Source: Candidatus Latescibacterota bacterium (GTDB lineage: Bacteria; Latescibacterota; UBA2968; GCA-2709665). Taken from it: DNA of 64,000 bases. Positions 48,550 to 58,314 of this stretch are shown piece by piece. The notes beneath the pieces were generated by a model. That model had not been told where the DNA came from. It searched no databases and was given only the letters and a program-made list of their open reading frames with translations. A program made the translations under genes and the position numbers. Positions within the stretch are counted from its first letter, which is position 1; every line of letters begins with the position of its first letter. The stretch lies in NCBI GenBank assembly GCA_965248435.1, contig OZ252100.1:480001-544000 (forward strand), given 5' to 3'.

Positions 48550-50328
48550 ATGGCAGAGGCCTTAGGCGACTGGAAGCGCACTCACACCTGCGGTGACTTG
48601 CGGGAGGGTGACATAGACGCCTCAGTGACGTTGATGGGATGGGTGAACAGCCGCAGAGACCACGGGGGTGTGATCTTCATCGACCTGCGTGATCGCTCCG
48701 GCATCACCCAGGTTGTCTTCAGGCCGGACGTCAACCCAGAAGTCCACGCAGTGGCGGAGGGCATCCGAAGCGAGTATGTATTGGCCGTGAAAGGAACGGT
48801 CGAAGCAAGGCCGGCAGGCATGGCCAACCCGCAGCTGGAAACAGGTGCGATCGATGTGGAATGTTCGGAGCTGAAAATCCTCAACGAATCAGAAACACCT
48901 CCCTTCCCCATAGAGGGAGGTCTGGATCTTAATGAGGAGTTGCGACTGCGCTATCGCTATCTGGACCTCCGGAGGCCCGATATGCAGGAGGCCATCGCGC
49001 TGCGCCATCGCACCTCACAGGAAGTGCGTCGCTTCCTGACTTCAGAGAAGTTTATGGAAATTGAAACGCCCTTCCTGATATCAAGCACACCTGAAGGGGC
49101 CAGGGACTACCTCGTTCCGAGCCGCGTCCATCGAGGGCAGTTCTATGCGCTCCCTCAGTCGCCTCAAACCTATAAGCAACTCCTGATGGTCGCGGGCTTT
49201 GACCGCTATTTCCAGATCGTTCGATGTTTCCGGGATGAGGACCTTCGAGGAGACCGCCAGCCCGAATTTACCCAGATCGATATAGAAATGGCCTTCGTCG
49301 ACGAGAGAGACGTGATGGATTTGTCGGAACGCCTTGTCCTTGCCCTTTTCAATGAGGTCCTGGGCGTCGACATCCCCCTACCCGTCACCCAGATTACTTA
49401 TCAGGAATCGATGGACCGATACGGGAGCGATCGGCCGGATACCCGGTTTGGACTCGAGATTGTGGATCTGAGAGAAGCCGCTGCTGCATCCGAGTTTCAG
49501 GTCTTCAAGAATGTGCTCGACTCCGGCGGGCAGGTCCGTGGAATCAACGCCAAAGGCTGCGCATCGTTTTCCAGAAAGCAGATCGATGATCTGGCCGCCT
49601 ATACCGGGCACTTCGGGGCCAAGGGGTTGGCCTGGATCAAGGTAACCGAAAACGGCCTTGAATCGTCTATCGTGAAATTCTTTCCGACGGAAGCGCAGGA
49701 GCAACTCCGTGAGGCATTGAAGACCGAATGCGGAGACCTCCTTCTCTTCGTGGCAGACGAGCCGGCCGTCGTTGCGCAGTCGCTCGGCAACCTTCGCCTG
49801 GAACTTTCCAGACAATTGAAACTGGTCGAGGATCGCGAATTCGCGCTCTTGTGGGTGACCCGGTTCCCCCTGCTGGAATGGGAGCCCAAGGAGAAACGGT
49901 TCGACGCCTGCCACCATCCCTTTACAGCTCCCCTGGACGAGGACCTCCACTTTATGAAATCGGACCCTGCGGCAGTGCGTTCCCGGGCCTACGACCTGGT
50001 GCTCAACGGAAATGAGATTGCCGGTGGCAGCATTCGTATCCACCGCAGAGATGTGCAGGAACAGGTCTTTGGACTGCTCGGCATCTCCCCAGAAGAGGCC
50101 GAGAAACGGTTCGGTTTTCTGCTCAAGGCCCTCCGTTTCGGTGCGCCCCCTCACGGCGGCATTGCCTTCGGCTACGATCGCCTCGTCGCCCTGATGGCTG
50201 GCAAGGAATTCATCCGGGATGTTATTCCTTTCCCCAAATCAAACACGGCAGCGTCGCTTTTGGACGGCGCACCGTCGGAGGTCGACCCCGTTCAACTCCG
50301 GGAACTGGGCCTGAGGCGGCTTCAATGA
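48550..50328 (+). CDS. aspS: Aspartate-tRNA ligase (probably non-discriminating)
   Basis: RRDHGG, STPEGARDY, ALPQSPQ, RQPEFTQ, GAPPHGG. Confidence 0.97.
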   Translation: MAEALGDWKRTHTCGDLREGDIDASVTLMGWVNSRRDHGGVIFIDLRDRSGITQVVFRPDVNPEVHAVAEGIRSEYVLAVKGTVEARPAGMANPQLETGAIDVECSELKILNESETPPFPIEGGLDLNEELRLRYRYLDLRRPDMQEAIALRHRTSQEVRRFLTSEKFMEIETPFLISSTPEGARDYLVPSRVHRGQFYALPQSPQTYKQLLMVAGFDRYFQIVRCFRDEDLRGDRQPEFTQIDIEMAFVDERDVMDLSERLVLALFNEVLGVDIPLPVTQITYQESMDRYGSDRPDTRFGLEIVDLREAAAASEFQVFKNVLDSGGQVRGINAKGCASFSRKQIDDLAAYTGHFGAKGLAWIKVTENGLESSIVKFFPTEAQEQLREALKTECGDLLLFVADEPAVVAQSLGNLRLELSRQLKLVEDREFALLWVTRFPLLEWEPKEKRFDACHHPFTAPLDEDLHFMKSDPAAVRSRAYDLVLNGNEIAGGSIRIHRRDVQEQVFGLLGISPEEAEKRFGFLLKALRFGAPPHGGIAFGYDRLVALMAGKEFIRDVIPFPKSNTAASLLDGAPSEVDPVQLRELGLRRLQ

Positions 50329-50400
50329 AAACTGACGCAAATAGCCTATTCTAAAAGGCTTTTTGACCAATGGCAGGAGGGCCTAATGCCGATTTTTTCC

Positions 50401-50429
50401 TTGACTTTAGGCATATCTTGTAGTACTCT
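50401..50429 (+). promoter_or_regulatory. sigma70-type promoter
   Basis: TTGACT-17 nt-TACTCT. Confidence 0.5.
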
Positions 50430-50532
50430 TTCATCTGAATAGATCCTCAGGGTGGGTTTAGGTAGTGGCACGAATCTACCGAACAGGATCGTTATTTTTC
50501 TAGGGGTTACGAACAGGATCAAGGAGAATTTT

Positions 50533-50808
50533 ATGAGATTGCGTGGTTTGCTGGGCCGGACGGTCGGAAGTGGCCTTATCCTGGCCTTTGTCCTGCTCCC
50601 CATCATGACCGGCTGTACCGCGATGGCCTCCAAGGAGCAGTTCGGTCTGTTGGAGACTGCTCGAACGGCCGCGGACAAGGCCGAAGCGGAGTTGGGTTCC
50701 TGCCAGCAGAGGCAGGCCAATTTGGAACGGGAGTTGGCGAACAAGAAACAGGAACTGGTAGACCTGAGACACGCGCGCGAAACGGTGCAGGGAGCTCTGA
50801 GCGAGTAA
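50533..50808 (+). CDS. Small coiled-coil lipoprotein
   Basis: AAGGAG RBS; lipobox MTGC; heptad-rich mature part of about 64 aa. Confidence 0.78.
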   Translation: MRLRGLLGRTVGSGLILAFVLLPIMTGCTAMASKEQFGLLETARTAADKAEAELGSCQQRQANLERELANKKQELVDLRHARETVQGALSE

Positions 50809-50832
50809 CGTCTTTAAGAAAGGAGTTTCTGG

Positions 50833-51678
50833 ATGAAGTTCTCCAAGCTTTCCTGGATTTTCGTTGTCTGCGCCGGAGCTGTCTTGTTCGGGATGATCGC
50901 CGTGGGCAAAGCACAGGCCCAGGAGATGACGTATAAAGAATATGAGATGAAGCTTGCTGGTTACGAGAAACGAACTGCAGACGCGAAGAAGGCGATCGCA
51001 GAATGCAGTCAGACCAACGATCAATTGAGCCAGGAGATTTCAGGCCTAAATGCTCAGATCGCCTCCGCCAGGGGGGAGCTCTACACATTGGTCGGGTCCG
51101 ATGAGCAGGGTGTTACTGAATACTTCGATGAGTCAGAGCAGATCGAGGCCCAGCTTATGGGTCTGATGAGCCTTTCTGAAAATGATCTCTTCGCCAGGCG
51201 GAGAGAGGTACAGGATATCGAAGAGGTCCTGGAAGGGTTGAAAGCCCAAAAAATAGCACTCCTTCCAGATGCTCAGGACAAGATTAAAAACATCGAGCAG
51301 CTGATCGAAAAGGTCAGGGCGATTCTTCCGGCCAAGCGTCTCGTCAAGTACACGGTACTTCGAGGGGACAGCCTCTGGGGAATCGCAAAGAAGCGTGACA
51401 TTTACGACAATCCCTATATGTGGCCCAGAATCTACGTGGAGAATCGTTCCATGATCAAGGATCCAGACCTCATCTATCCAAACTGGATCCTCAACGTTCC
51501 GTTCGGTGTCGATCTTAATCAGCATCTGGTTATTCAGGGGCAGCATTTATCAAGCATCGCCACAATGGTTTACCGTGATGCGAGCAAGTGGCACAAGATC
51601 TATCAGGCCAACAAATCGCAGATCTTGGATCCCAATTTGATCTTCCCGGCGCAGGTGTTAGGTACGCCTGTAAACTGA
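50833..51678 (+). CDS. Exported coiled-coil protein with two C-terminal LysM domains
   Basis: Signal peptide AQA; YTVLRGDSLWGIA...WPRIY..N...IKDPDLIYP and a second LysM (WHKIYQANKSQILDPNLIFP). Confidence 0.88.
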   Translation: MKFSKLSWIFVVCAGAVLFGMIAVGKAQAQEMTYKEYEMKLAGYEKRTADAKKAIAECSQTNDQLSQEISGLNAQIASARGELYTLVGSDEQGVTEYFDESEQIEAQLMGLMSLSENDLFARRREVQDIEEVLEGLKAQKIALLPDAQDKIKNIEQLIEKVRAILPAKRLVKYTVLRGDSLWGIAKKRDIYDNPYMWPRIYVENRSMIKDPDLIYPNWILNVPFGVDLNQHLVIQGQHLSSIATMVYRDASKWHKIYQANKSQILDPNLIFPAQVLGTPVN

Positions 51679-51746
51679 TTCTCTATTCGACAGTCGGGTT
51701 CTGGCCTTTCCATATATGCAGATCTCTAATCTGGACTAAGACTTTC

Positions 51747-51788
51747 AAGCTCTCGTTCTCGAAGTTTGGCTGAGAACGAGAGCTTTTT
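51747..51788 (+). terminator. Intrinsic terminator
   Basis: aagctctcgttctc...gagaacgagagctt plus T tract. Confidence 0.8.
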
Positions 51789-51791
51789 CTT

Positions 51792-52814
51792 TTGCCCGCC
51801 ATCGGAGGAAGGATTACGGACACGGAGAAGCGCACACTCTCTCAACAGGTTTCGATTCAGGGTGTTGATCCCCTCGAGCTTTACGGACATAACGACGCCA
51901 ACCTGATTGCGCTCGAAGGGCGCTACGGAGTTCGACTTACAGCCAGAGGCGACACGCTCAGGGTAGACGGACCTACAGGAAAGGTTCAATATGTCTCTGC
52001 CCTGGTAGAGGAGATGATCTCCTGCCTCCGAAGGGGAGATCTGCCTGACGTTGCTCATCTGGAGGCCGTCAAAGCAACGGACCAAAGCAAGACCGATCTC
52101 TCCAGGATCGTGTTGGCCACCAAGAAGAGTCTGGTTCGCCCCCGCTCAGAGGCCCAGGTCCGCTACATATCCGCCATCGAGAATTTCGACATCGTCGTTG
52201 GAATCGGACCGGCAGGTACGGGTAAGACTTACCTTGCTGTTGCCGCCGCTGTGGCTACGCTCAAACGAAAGGATGTCTCCAGGATTGTCCTAACCCGGCC
52301 TGCAGTTGAGGCGGGGGAAAGTTTGGGCTTTCTTCCAGGCGATGTTCAGGAAAAGGTGGACCCCTATCTGAGGCCCCTTTACGACGCCTTGCGCGATATG
52401 GTTCCTGCCGATCACTTGCGGCATCTCATCGATCTTCACACACTCGAGATTGCGCCACTCGCGTTCATGAGGGGTCGAACGCTCAACAACGCCTTCGTCA
52501 TTCTAGACGAGGCGCAGAATACAACAATCAATCAGATGAAGATGTTCTTAACTCGATTGGGGGCCAACTCTAAAGCTGTCATCACTGGGGACGTAACTCA
52601 GATCGATCTTCCTCCAGATACCCAGTCGGGACTCTTGCACATCCAGGGTGTTCTGTCGCATATTGAGGCCATCCGATTCAACTACTTCACGGAGCGTGAC
52701 GTGGTCAGACACCGCCTGGTACAAGAAATCATCAGCGCTTACGAATCCTTCGAGCGATCTAACCAAGACTCCGAGCTTCCGGAAACCATATCACCTGATA
52801 ATGATACGAGGTAG
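51792..52814 (+). CDS. phoH: PhoH family ATPase
   Basis: GPAGTGKT, RPAVEAGESLGFLPG, AFMRGRT, DEAQN, VVRH. True start may be ATT 51813. Confidence 0.93.
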   Translation: MPAIGGRITDTEKRTLSQQVSIQGVDPLELYGHNDANLIALEGRYGVRLTARGDTLRVDGPTGKVQYVSALVEEMISCLRRGDLPDVAHLEAVKATDQSKTDLSRIVLATKKSLVRPRSEAQVRYISAIENFDIVVGIGPAGTGKTYLAVAAAVATLKRKDVSRIVLTRPAVEAGESLGFLPGDVQEKVDPYLRPLYDALRDMVPADHLRHLIDLHTLEIAPLAFMRGRTLNNAFVILDEAQNTTINQMKMFLTRLGANSKAVITGDVTQIDLPPDTQSGLLHIQGVLSHIEAIRFNYFTERDVVRHRLVQEIISAYESFERSNQDSELPETISPDNDTR

Positions 52815-55089
52815 CCGCAAACCTGGTCCGGTGGGCAGGGATCTGCTTGGCCGGGTGACGGGAAACGGTCGCGGGATCCAGCGGGCGAAGGGCGAACAGA
52901 TCCTCCGTCTTAGCCTGTTTGTGATCCTTGTGGTCGTCCTGGCACTACTGTATCCATCCAGACAGAGGGTGGAGTATGGTGCTTTTGGAGAGGGCGCGAT
53001 TGCACCCGCCGAAGTCATCGCTCCCGAGACCTTCTACGTTCTGAAGAATGACTCGGAATACGCCCTGGAAGTGGCAGCCACCCGAAACAAAATCCCCTCA
53101 TTGCTCGTTTTCGACCAGAATATTTCTAATCAGCAGAAAACGGGCTTGAGTTCCCTCTTTCACGATCTGGCAACTCTGAGCGGAATAGCGCTTTCGGACT
53201 CTGCGAAGGTCCATCAACTCCGAATATCCCATCCTGGGATCGCCCCCATCTCCGAGTCGACGATCCAGTTTCTACTTTCCAGGACATCCAGCGGATCCCA
53301 GCGCCTGGAAGAGATCAGGGTGACAGTCGAGGATCTCATCTCTAAGGGCTACAGCTCGGGCATTTTGTCAGGAAGATCGGAAATCATTCACGACGATGAA
53401 AGCAGTGCGACGCTCCGCGAAGACGATAAGGAGCGCTTGATTAGCACGCAGGAGATCAAAGACCTGGAACAATTCAAACTTGGCCTCCCCCGGGAGATCG
53501 GTGTTTCGCTCGTTGCACCTTCCACGGAGGAAGTCAAGGCCGTTTATGAGTTGGTCTCAGCCTATTTGATTCCTAATTTTTCCTACGACGCTCCGGAAAC
53601 CGAGCGTCGCAGGAACCGTGCAGAAGGGGCTGTGTCCAGAACCAAGGGTACGGTTCTCAAGGGCGAGCGCATCATCGATAAGCATGAACGGGTGACGTCT
53701 CAACACGCAGACAGACTCCGCTCGCTGGCGCGACATCTGAACGAACGGCGACAAAAGGATCCTTACATAACCGTCCTGCGGGCAGGGGCCCAGATTATCC
53801 TGATTTCGCTGTTGATCGGCATATTTTTCGCGTTCCTCAAACTATCCAGGCCCAGTGTCTATAGACAGACCTCCAGCATCGTTTTGTTCGGCATCCTCAT
53901 TCTCATGCCGGCGCTTGCTGCGTCCTACGCCGCGACGAATTCCTCCATAACACCTCTTTTGGTACCGATCGCCCTATCTGCCATGCTCGCAACGGTACTT
54001 TTCGACGTGGAGATCGGCCTCCTGGTCACCCTCATAGGGGCGGCCATTTGTTCGAACCTCCTCGGCAGTTTGCCACTCATGCTCGTCTATCTGATTGCGG
54101 GCATCCTGGGGGCCTTTTCGGTCCGCCGTGTCTTGAATCGAAGTGATTTCTACCTGTCCATCGTTTACCTGGTGGGTGCCTACACACTGACCATCACGGC
54201 CACGGGCCTGCTTCAGTTCGACTATTTGAACGTTTCAGAATTCGTTGAGAAGATCCGGTGGGACATCGTTTTCGGAATTTTCACCGCGTGTGCCTCTACG
54301 GTCCTCACCATCGGCTTGCTGCCCATCTTTGAGTCGGTCTTTAACGTTGTGACACCCATCACCCTGCTCGAACTCTCCGACCTGAATCGTCCACTTCTTC
54401 GGAACCTCGCCATCCGGGCCCCCGGAACGTATAGCCACAGTATAATCATGGCGAGTCTCTCCGAAGCCGCGGCAGACGCAATAGGCGCGAATCCCCTCCT
54501 AGTGAGAGTCGGATGTTATTATCACGACATCGGCAAGATGATCCGCCCCCACTACTTTATTGAAAACCAGAAGGGGATCAACCCACACGACGAGCTGCAG
54601 CCTAAAATGAGCGCGTTGATACTGATATCGCACGTAAAGGAGGGCATCGAACTCGCCGAGGACGAAGGACTGCCGCGCGCCATCACAGATCTGATCCCGC
54701 AGCATCACGGCACGAGTGAGATCGCCAGCTTCAAACACCGTGCCCTGGAGCGTGGAGATAAACAGGCCGTTCGCGACGAGGACTATCGGTATCCCGGCCC
54801 CAAGCCGCAAACCAAGGAGGCGGGGATCATCAACTTGGCGGATGCCGTGGAATCTGCCACACGCACGCTCACAAGCTCGACTCCGGACCGGATCAAGGGA
54901 ATGGTCCAGACGATCATCAAGGGCCGGTTTACGGCCGGAGAGTTGGACGAATGCGAGCTGACTCTGGGAGACCTGAACAAAATCCAGCTGGCGTTCCTCC
55001 CCATCTTGCAGGCCACCAGACACGCGCGGGTCGCCTATCCGTGGCAGGAACGGCAGAAGCGGGAAGTAAAGGAGCGAAGGCGGACGTGA
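52801..55089 (+). CDS. 7TM-HD phosphohydrolase (PgpH/YqfF-like c-di-AMP phosphodiesterase family)
   Basis: Extracellular domain, multiple TM helices, APGTYSHS, YYHDIGK, HHGT, ADAVE. Confidence 0.9.
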   Translation: MIRGSRKPGPVGRDLLGRVTGNGRGIQRAKGEQILRLSLFVILVVVLALLYPSRQRVEYGAFGEGAIAPAEVIAPETFYVLKNDSEYALEVAATRNKIPSLLVFDQNISNQQKTGLSSLFHDLATLSGIALSDSAKVHQLRISHPGIAPISESTIQFLLSRTSSGSQRLEEIRVTVEDLISKGYSSGILSGRSEIIHDDESSATLREDDKERLISTQEIKDLEQFKLGLPREIGVSLVAPSTEEVKAVYELVSAYLIPNFSYDAPETERRRNRAEGAVSRTKGTVLKGERIIDKHERVTSQHADRLRSLARHLNERRQKDPYITVLRAGAQIILISLLIGIFFAFLKLSRPSVYRQTSSIVLFGILILMPALAASYAATNSSITPLLVPIALSAMLATVLFDVEIGLLVTLIGAAICSNLLGSLPLMLVYLIAGILGAFSVRRVLNRSDFYLSIVYLVGAYTLTITATGLLQFDYLNVSEFVEKIRWDIVFGIFTACASTVLTIGLLPIFESVFNVVTPITLLELSDLNRPLLRNLAIRAPGTYSHSIIMASLSEAAADAIGANPLLVRVGCYYHDIGKMIRPHYFIENQKGINPHDELQPKMSALILISHVKEGIELAEDEGLPRAITDLIPQHHGTSEIASFKHRALERGDKQAVRDEDYRYPGPKPQTKEAGIINLADAVESATRTLTSSTPDRIKGMVQTIIKGRFTAGELDECELTLGDLNKIQLAFLPILQATRHARVAYPWQERQKREVKERRRT

Positions 55090-55553
55090 CTGCCCCCACA
55101 AGCAATCCCATTAAAGGCCGCGCCGACATCAAAATCGAAATCGACATTCCCATTACTGAACAGCCCGATTGCGATGCAATTCGAGCTACCCTGTTCGAGC
55201 TCGTGAGCGACCACAGCGCCGAAGGCACTGTTTCGGTCATACTGGCTGACGACGGTAAGCTGCGCCGACTCAATCAGGATTTCCGTGGAATCGATGAGGT
55301 AACAGATGTACTTTCCTTCGATCTGAAGGACGATCTCGCCGCGGGCGAGATTGGTGAGGTTTACATTTCACTCGATCGCGCCGGAGTTCAGGCGCAATCT
55401 GCGTCTAGGGACCTGTTGGACGAGGTCGCACACCTCGCCATACACGGGTTCCTCCACCTACTGGGTTACGACCACGATACAGATGTGGAGCGCCTCCGAA
55501 TGCGGCATCAGGAGGCTCGTTATCTAGCCCGATTCAAACAGAAAGGAGCGTGA
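55086..55553 (+). CDS. ybeY: rRNA maturation endoribonuclease YbeY
   Basis: LN..FRG....TDVLSF, GEVYIS, HGFLHLLGYDH. Confidence 0.93.
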   Translation: MTAPTSNPIKGRADIKIEIDIPITEQPDCDAIRATLFELVSDHSAEGTVSVILADDGKLRRLNQDFRGIDEVTDVLSFDLKDDLAAGEIGEVYISLDRAGVQAQSASRDLLDEVAHLAIHGFLHLLGYDHDTDVERLRMRHQEARYLARFKQKGA

Positions 55554-55560
55554 GGTCGCC

Positions 55561-56850
55561 TTGGACGACTCTGAGTGGCCAAGGACTCTAATCCTACTGG
55601 TTTCACTCGCTACAACTGTCATCCTCGCACGTCTCGGCTCAATAGGTAGTTCACTCTCTCGAGCGTCTCTCGAGCGCCTGGCCGAAGAGGGGGTGGCGCG
55701 CGCGCGCCTCCTGCTATCCATGAGCGGACAGCATGACATCCTCGGGCAGATGGTCACCTTCGGGCAGACCGTCGCCATATCAGCTGGGTGTCTGGCGCTC
55801 TTCGGGCTGATCGACCCGTTTATTGGGCGCATGCCATTGCCCGTAGTGTGGCAGATCTTCGCGATCTTAGGCTTTGTGTTGGTCGCGATCGTCCTCGCAA
55901 ACCTCACACCGGCCTATCGTAGAGATGAAGGCTCGAATCTACCCCTACCCCGCCTCCTGGTTGTCGGTTACCCTCTCTATCTCTTCTTCGCCTTGCCTAC
56001 CCTCCTGCTCGAGCGCAGCCAGAATCTCTTCGTAAGCGAAACGGATTCGAAGGCCCTGAAGGAGGAAGAGATTCGCCACCTCGTCGAGTCCGAGGCCGAA
56101 AAGGGAACCATCGAAGTTGAAGAGCGAGAAATGATCGAGGGCGTGTTCGACTTTGGCGACACCACTGTGAGGGAAGTTATGGTCCCCAGAATCGACATGG
56201 CGTGCGCCGAAATCTCAACGGAGCGGGACGCGCTTCTGGAACTCATTCATAAGTCGCGCCACTCACGAATTCCAATCTATGAGGGAAGGGTCGATCACGT
56301 AAAGGGCGTGGTCTATGCCAAGGACTTGCTGAACGTCCTGAGCCGGGGTCAAGATTGGGAAATTGCCAGGATCATGCGTTCACCCTACTTCGTTCCGGAG
56401 AACAAGAAGATCGACGAACTGCTGAGAGAGTTCAAGAACGAAAGGGTGCACATGGCCATCGTCGTGGATGAGTATGGGGGCACGTCGGGACTCGTGACGA
56501 TGGAAGACCTCATTGAAGAGATCGTTGGGGAAATCCAGGATGAATACGACGAGGACGCAACCCTCTTTCAGTGGGATGAAGAGGGCCAGATCCTGATTGC
56601 GGACGCCAGAATCGCCATAGAGGACCTCAACCTCCTTCTAAGCGTCGATCTGCCTCAGGACGGATATGAAACCCTGGGTGGCTTTATCTACAACCACCTC
56701 GGACACGTCCCTGACCCGCGGGAGACGTTTGAGTTCGAAACGCTGCTTCTGTCGATCGAAGATGTGGTTGGACAGAGAATTACGACGGTCAGGATCCAGA
56801 AACTCGAAGTTAACGGTGAAGACGGGGGCGGCGTCCAAGAAATCGCTTGA
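55561..56850 (+). CDS. CNNM/CorC (TlyC hemolysin-like) CBS-domain membrane protein
   Basis: TM region, VREVMVPR, HSRIP, VVDEYGGTSG, ETLGG. Confidence 0.9.
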   Translation: MDDSEWPRTLILLVSLATTVILARLGSIGSSLSRASLERLAEEGVARARLLLSMSGQHDILGQMVTFGQTVAISAGCLALFGLIDPFIGRMPLPVVWQIFAILGFVLVAIVLANLTPAYRRDEGSNLPLPRLLVVGYPLYLFFALPTLLLERSQNLFVSETDSKALKEEEIRHLVESEAEKGTIEVEEREMIEGVFDFGDTTVREVMVPRIDMACAEISTERDALLELIHKSRHSRIPIYEGRVDHVKGVVYAKDLLNVLSRGQDWEIARIMRSPYFVPENKKIDELLREFKNERVHMAIVVDEYGGTSGLVTMEDLIEEIVGEIQDEYDEDATLFQWDEEGQILIADARIAIEDLNLLLSVDLPQDGYETLGGFIYNHLGHVPDPRETFEFETLLLSIEDVVGQRITTVRIQKLEVNGEDGGGVQEIA

Positions 56851-56875
56851 CACATTTGCTCGAACCTGTTAATTT
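56847..56875 (+). promoter_or_regulatory. sigma70-type tRNA promoter
   Basis: TTGACA-17 nt-TAATTT. Confidence 0.7.
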
Positions 56876-56898
56876 TCAATACACTAGCGAATAAAGGT

Positions 56899-56975
<77 letters not shown>

Positions 56976-56983
56976 AACAAACG

Positions 56984-57014
56984 AAAAGGGAACCGAAGTC
57001 TGGTTCCCTTTTTT
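56984..57014 (+). terminator. Intrinsic terminator after tRNA-fMet
   Basis: aaaagggaacc...ggttccctttttt. Confidence 0.85.
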
Positions 57015-57195
57015 AATATCTGAGAGTGAGTAGCGAACTTTTGATCGATTCAGTTCTCCATCCATTCATCTTTCTGAAACATCGGACCCCTGGCAGAGTT
57101 GGCCCGATCGGACGGGGCACCGATTCATTGCGATGATACGTAAAGCCATTTCCGTCCTCCTTCCTTCTTTCTTCAGTTTCAGACCCCGATCACAG

Positions 57196-57254
57196 TTTAC
57201 AAGGTTTTAACAAACTGTTCATACTCATTTCACCTTGGTGAAACAAGGGTGAAA
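57196..57254 (+). promoter_or_regulatory. Array of 11-bp-periodic hexamers (PhoB/OmpR-type box-like)
   Basis: TTTACA 57196, TTAACA 57207, TTCATA 57218, TTCACC 57229; inverted GGTGAAA at 57237 and 57248. Confidence 0.45.
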
Positions 57255-57394
57255 TATGTGCATGGCATAATTACTGTGTCGCTTGAAAGCAATCTCGTCC
57301 TCTGTTTAGCCTTCGGAGGAGCCATTTGTGGACGAGTATCGTGTTCGGCAGCTGGGTTGATAACCGGATTGCAATTCTAGTCGGAGGAGGGAGC

Positions 57395-57733
57395 ATGAAG
57401 CTTATTACTGCGGTTATCCAGCCCCACAGGCTGGATAACGTACGTGCGGCCCTGGCAGAGGTCGGCGTCCAGGGAATGACCGTCACTGAAGCCAGGGGAT
57501 TCGGCAGACAGAAAGGTCATCGAGAGACCTATCGCGGCGCGGAATATGTGATCGATTTTCTTCCAAAGATAAAGCTGGAAATTGCCCTCGCTGACGATCT
57601 GGTCAAGCGGGCCATCGACGCCGTCGAGCAGCACGCGAAAAGCGGGAACGTCGGGGATGGCAAAATATTCGTCTCGAATTTGGAGCAGGCCGTTCGGATT
57701 CGAACGGGAGAGACGGGTCCAGAGGCGCTTTAG
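57395..57733 (+). CDS. glnK: P-II family nitrogen regulator
   Basis: GFGRQKG, YRGAEY, GDGKIFV, RIRTGE; GGAGG RBS. Confidence 0.93.
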   Translation: MKLITAVIQPHRLDNVRAALAEVGVQGMTVTEARGFGRQKGHRETYRGAEYVIDFLPKIKLEIALADDLVKRAIDAVEQHAKSGNVGDGKIFVSNLEQAVRIRTGETGPEAL

Positions 57734-57863
57734 CTACTGATAGAAGGAAGTCACAACGTGACAGGTCGTACTATACTAACACGGCCTTTGATCATGGAGA
57801 AGCGTCCATTGACGGATTCGTTTGTGGAGTGTTTTTCTTTTGCTTCTCTATCTGGATGTGTAT

Positions 57864-58220
57864 ATGGCAACTATCTTAGTCGTGGATGACGACAAGCCAT
57901 CGAGAGATGCCCTGAGAGCAATTTTGGAACCCCAGGGCCACGACATCGGGGAAGCTCCCAATGGCGGAGCGGGCCTGTGGTATTATAACCAAACACCGAC
58001 CGACTTGGTCATGTTGGATATGCTGATGCCGGAGAAGGGAGGCCTGGAAGTCATCCGGGAACCCAAACAAGACTTCCCTTCGGTGAAAATCATCGCGGTG
58101 TCAGGGAGTGGGACTCACTACCTGGACACGGCGCTGAACCAGGGCGCCCGGGCAACGATCGTAAAACCTTTTTCCAAAGAAACAGTTTTAAAGACTGTCA
58201 GGAAGGTTCTGGAAGAATAG
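57864..58220 (+). CDS. Single-domain response regulator (CheY-like receiver)
   Basis: ILVVDDD, LDMLMP, SG, KPF. Confidence 0.88.
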   Translation: MATILVVDDDKPSRDALRAILEPQGHDIGEAPNGGAGLWYYNQTPTDLVMLDMLMPEKGGLEVIREPKQDFPSVKIIAVSGSGTHYLDTALNQGARATIVKPFSKETVLKTVRKVLEE

Positions 58221-58277
58221 CAAAAGAGATCGGAAGGTACGGCTCTCTACGTTGGAACCAGCTCCGTTATTTATGTA

Positions 58278-58314
58278 AAAGAAGGGAACCGAATAAGTTT
58301 TAGTTCCCTTCTTT
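58278..58314. terminator. Bidirectional terminator
   Basis: aaagaagggaac...gttcccttcttt between convergent genes. Confidence 0.75.

Noticed and set aside
51792-56850. phoH-7TM-HD-ybeY-CNNM cluster as a novel system
   Set aside because: A widely conserved, well-known neighbourhood.
57263-57277. sigma54 promoter for glnK
   Set aside because: TGGCAT is present but the -12 position reads CTGT rather than TTGC.
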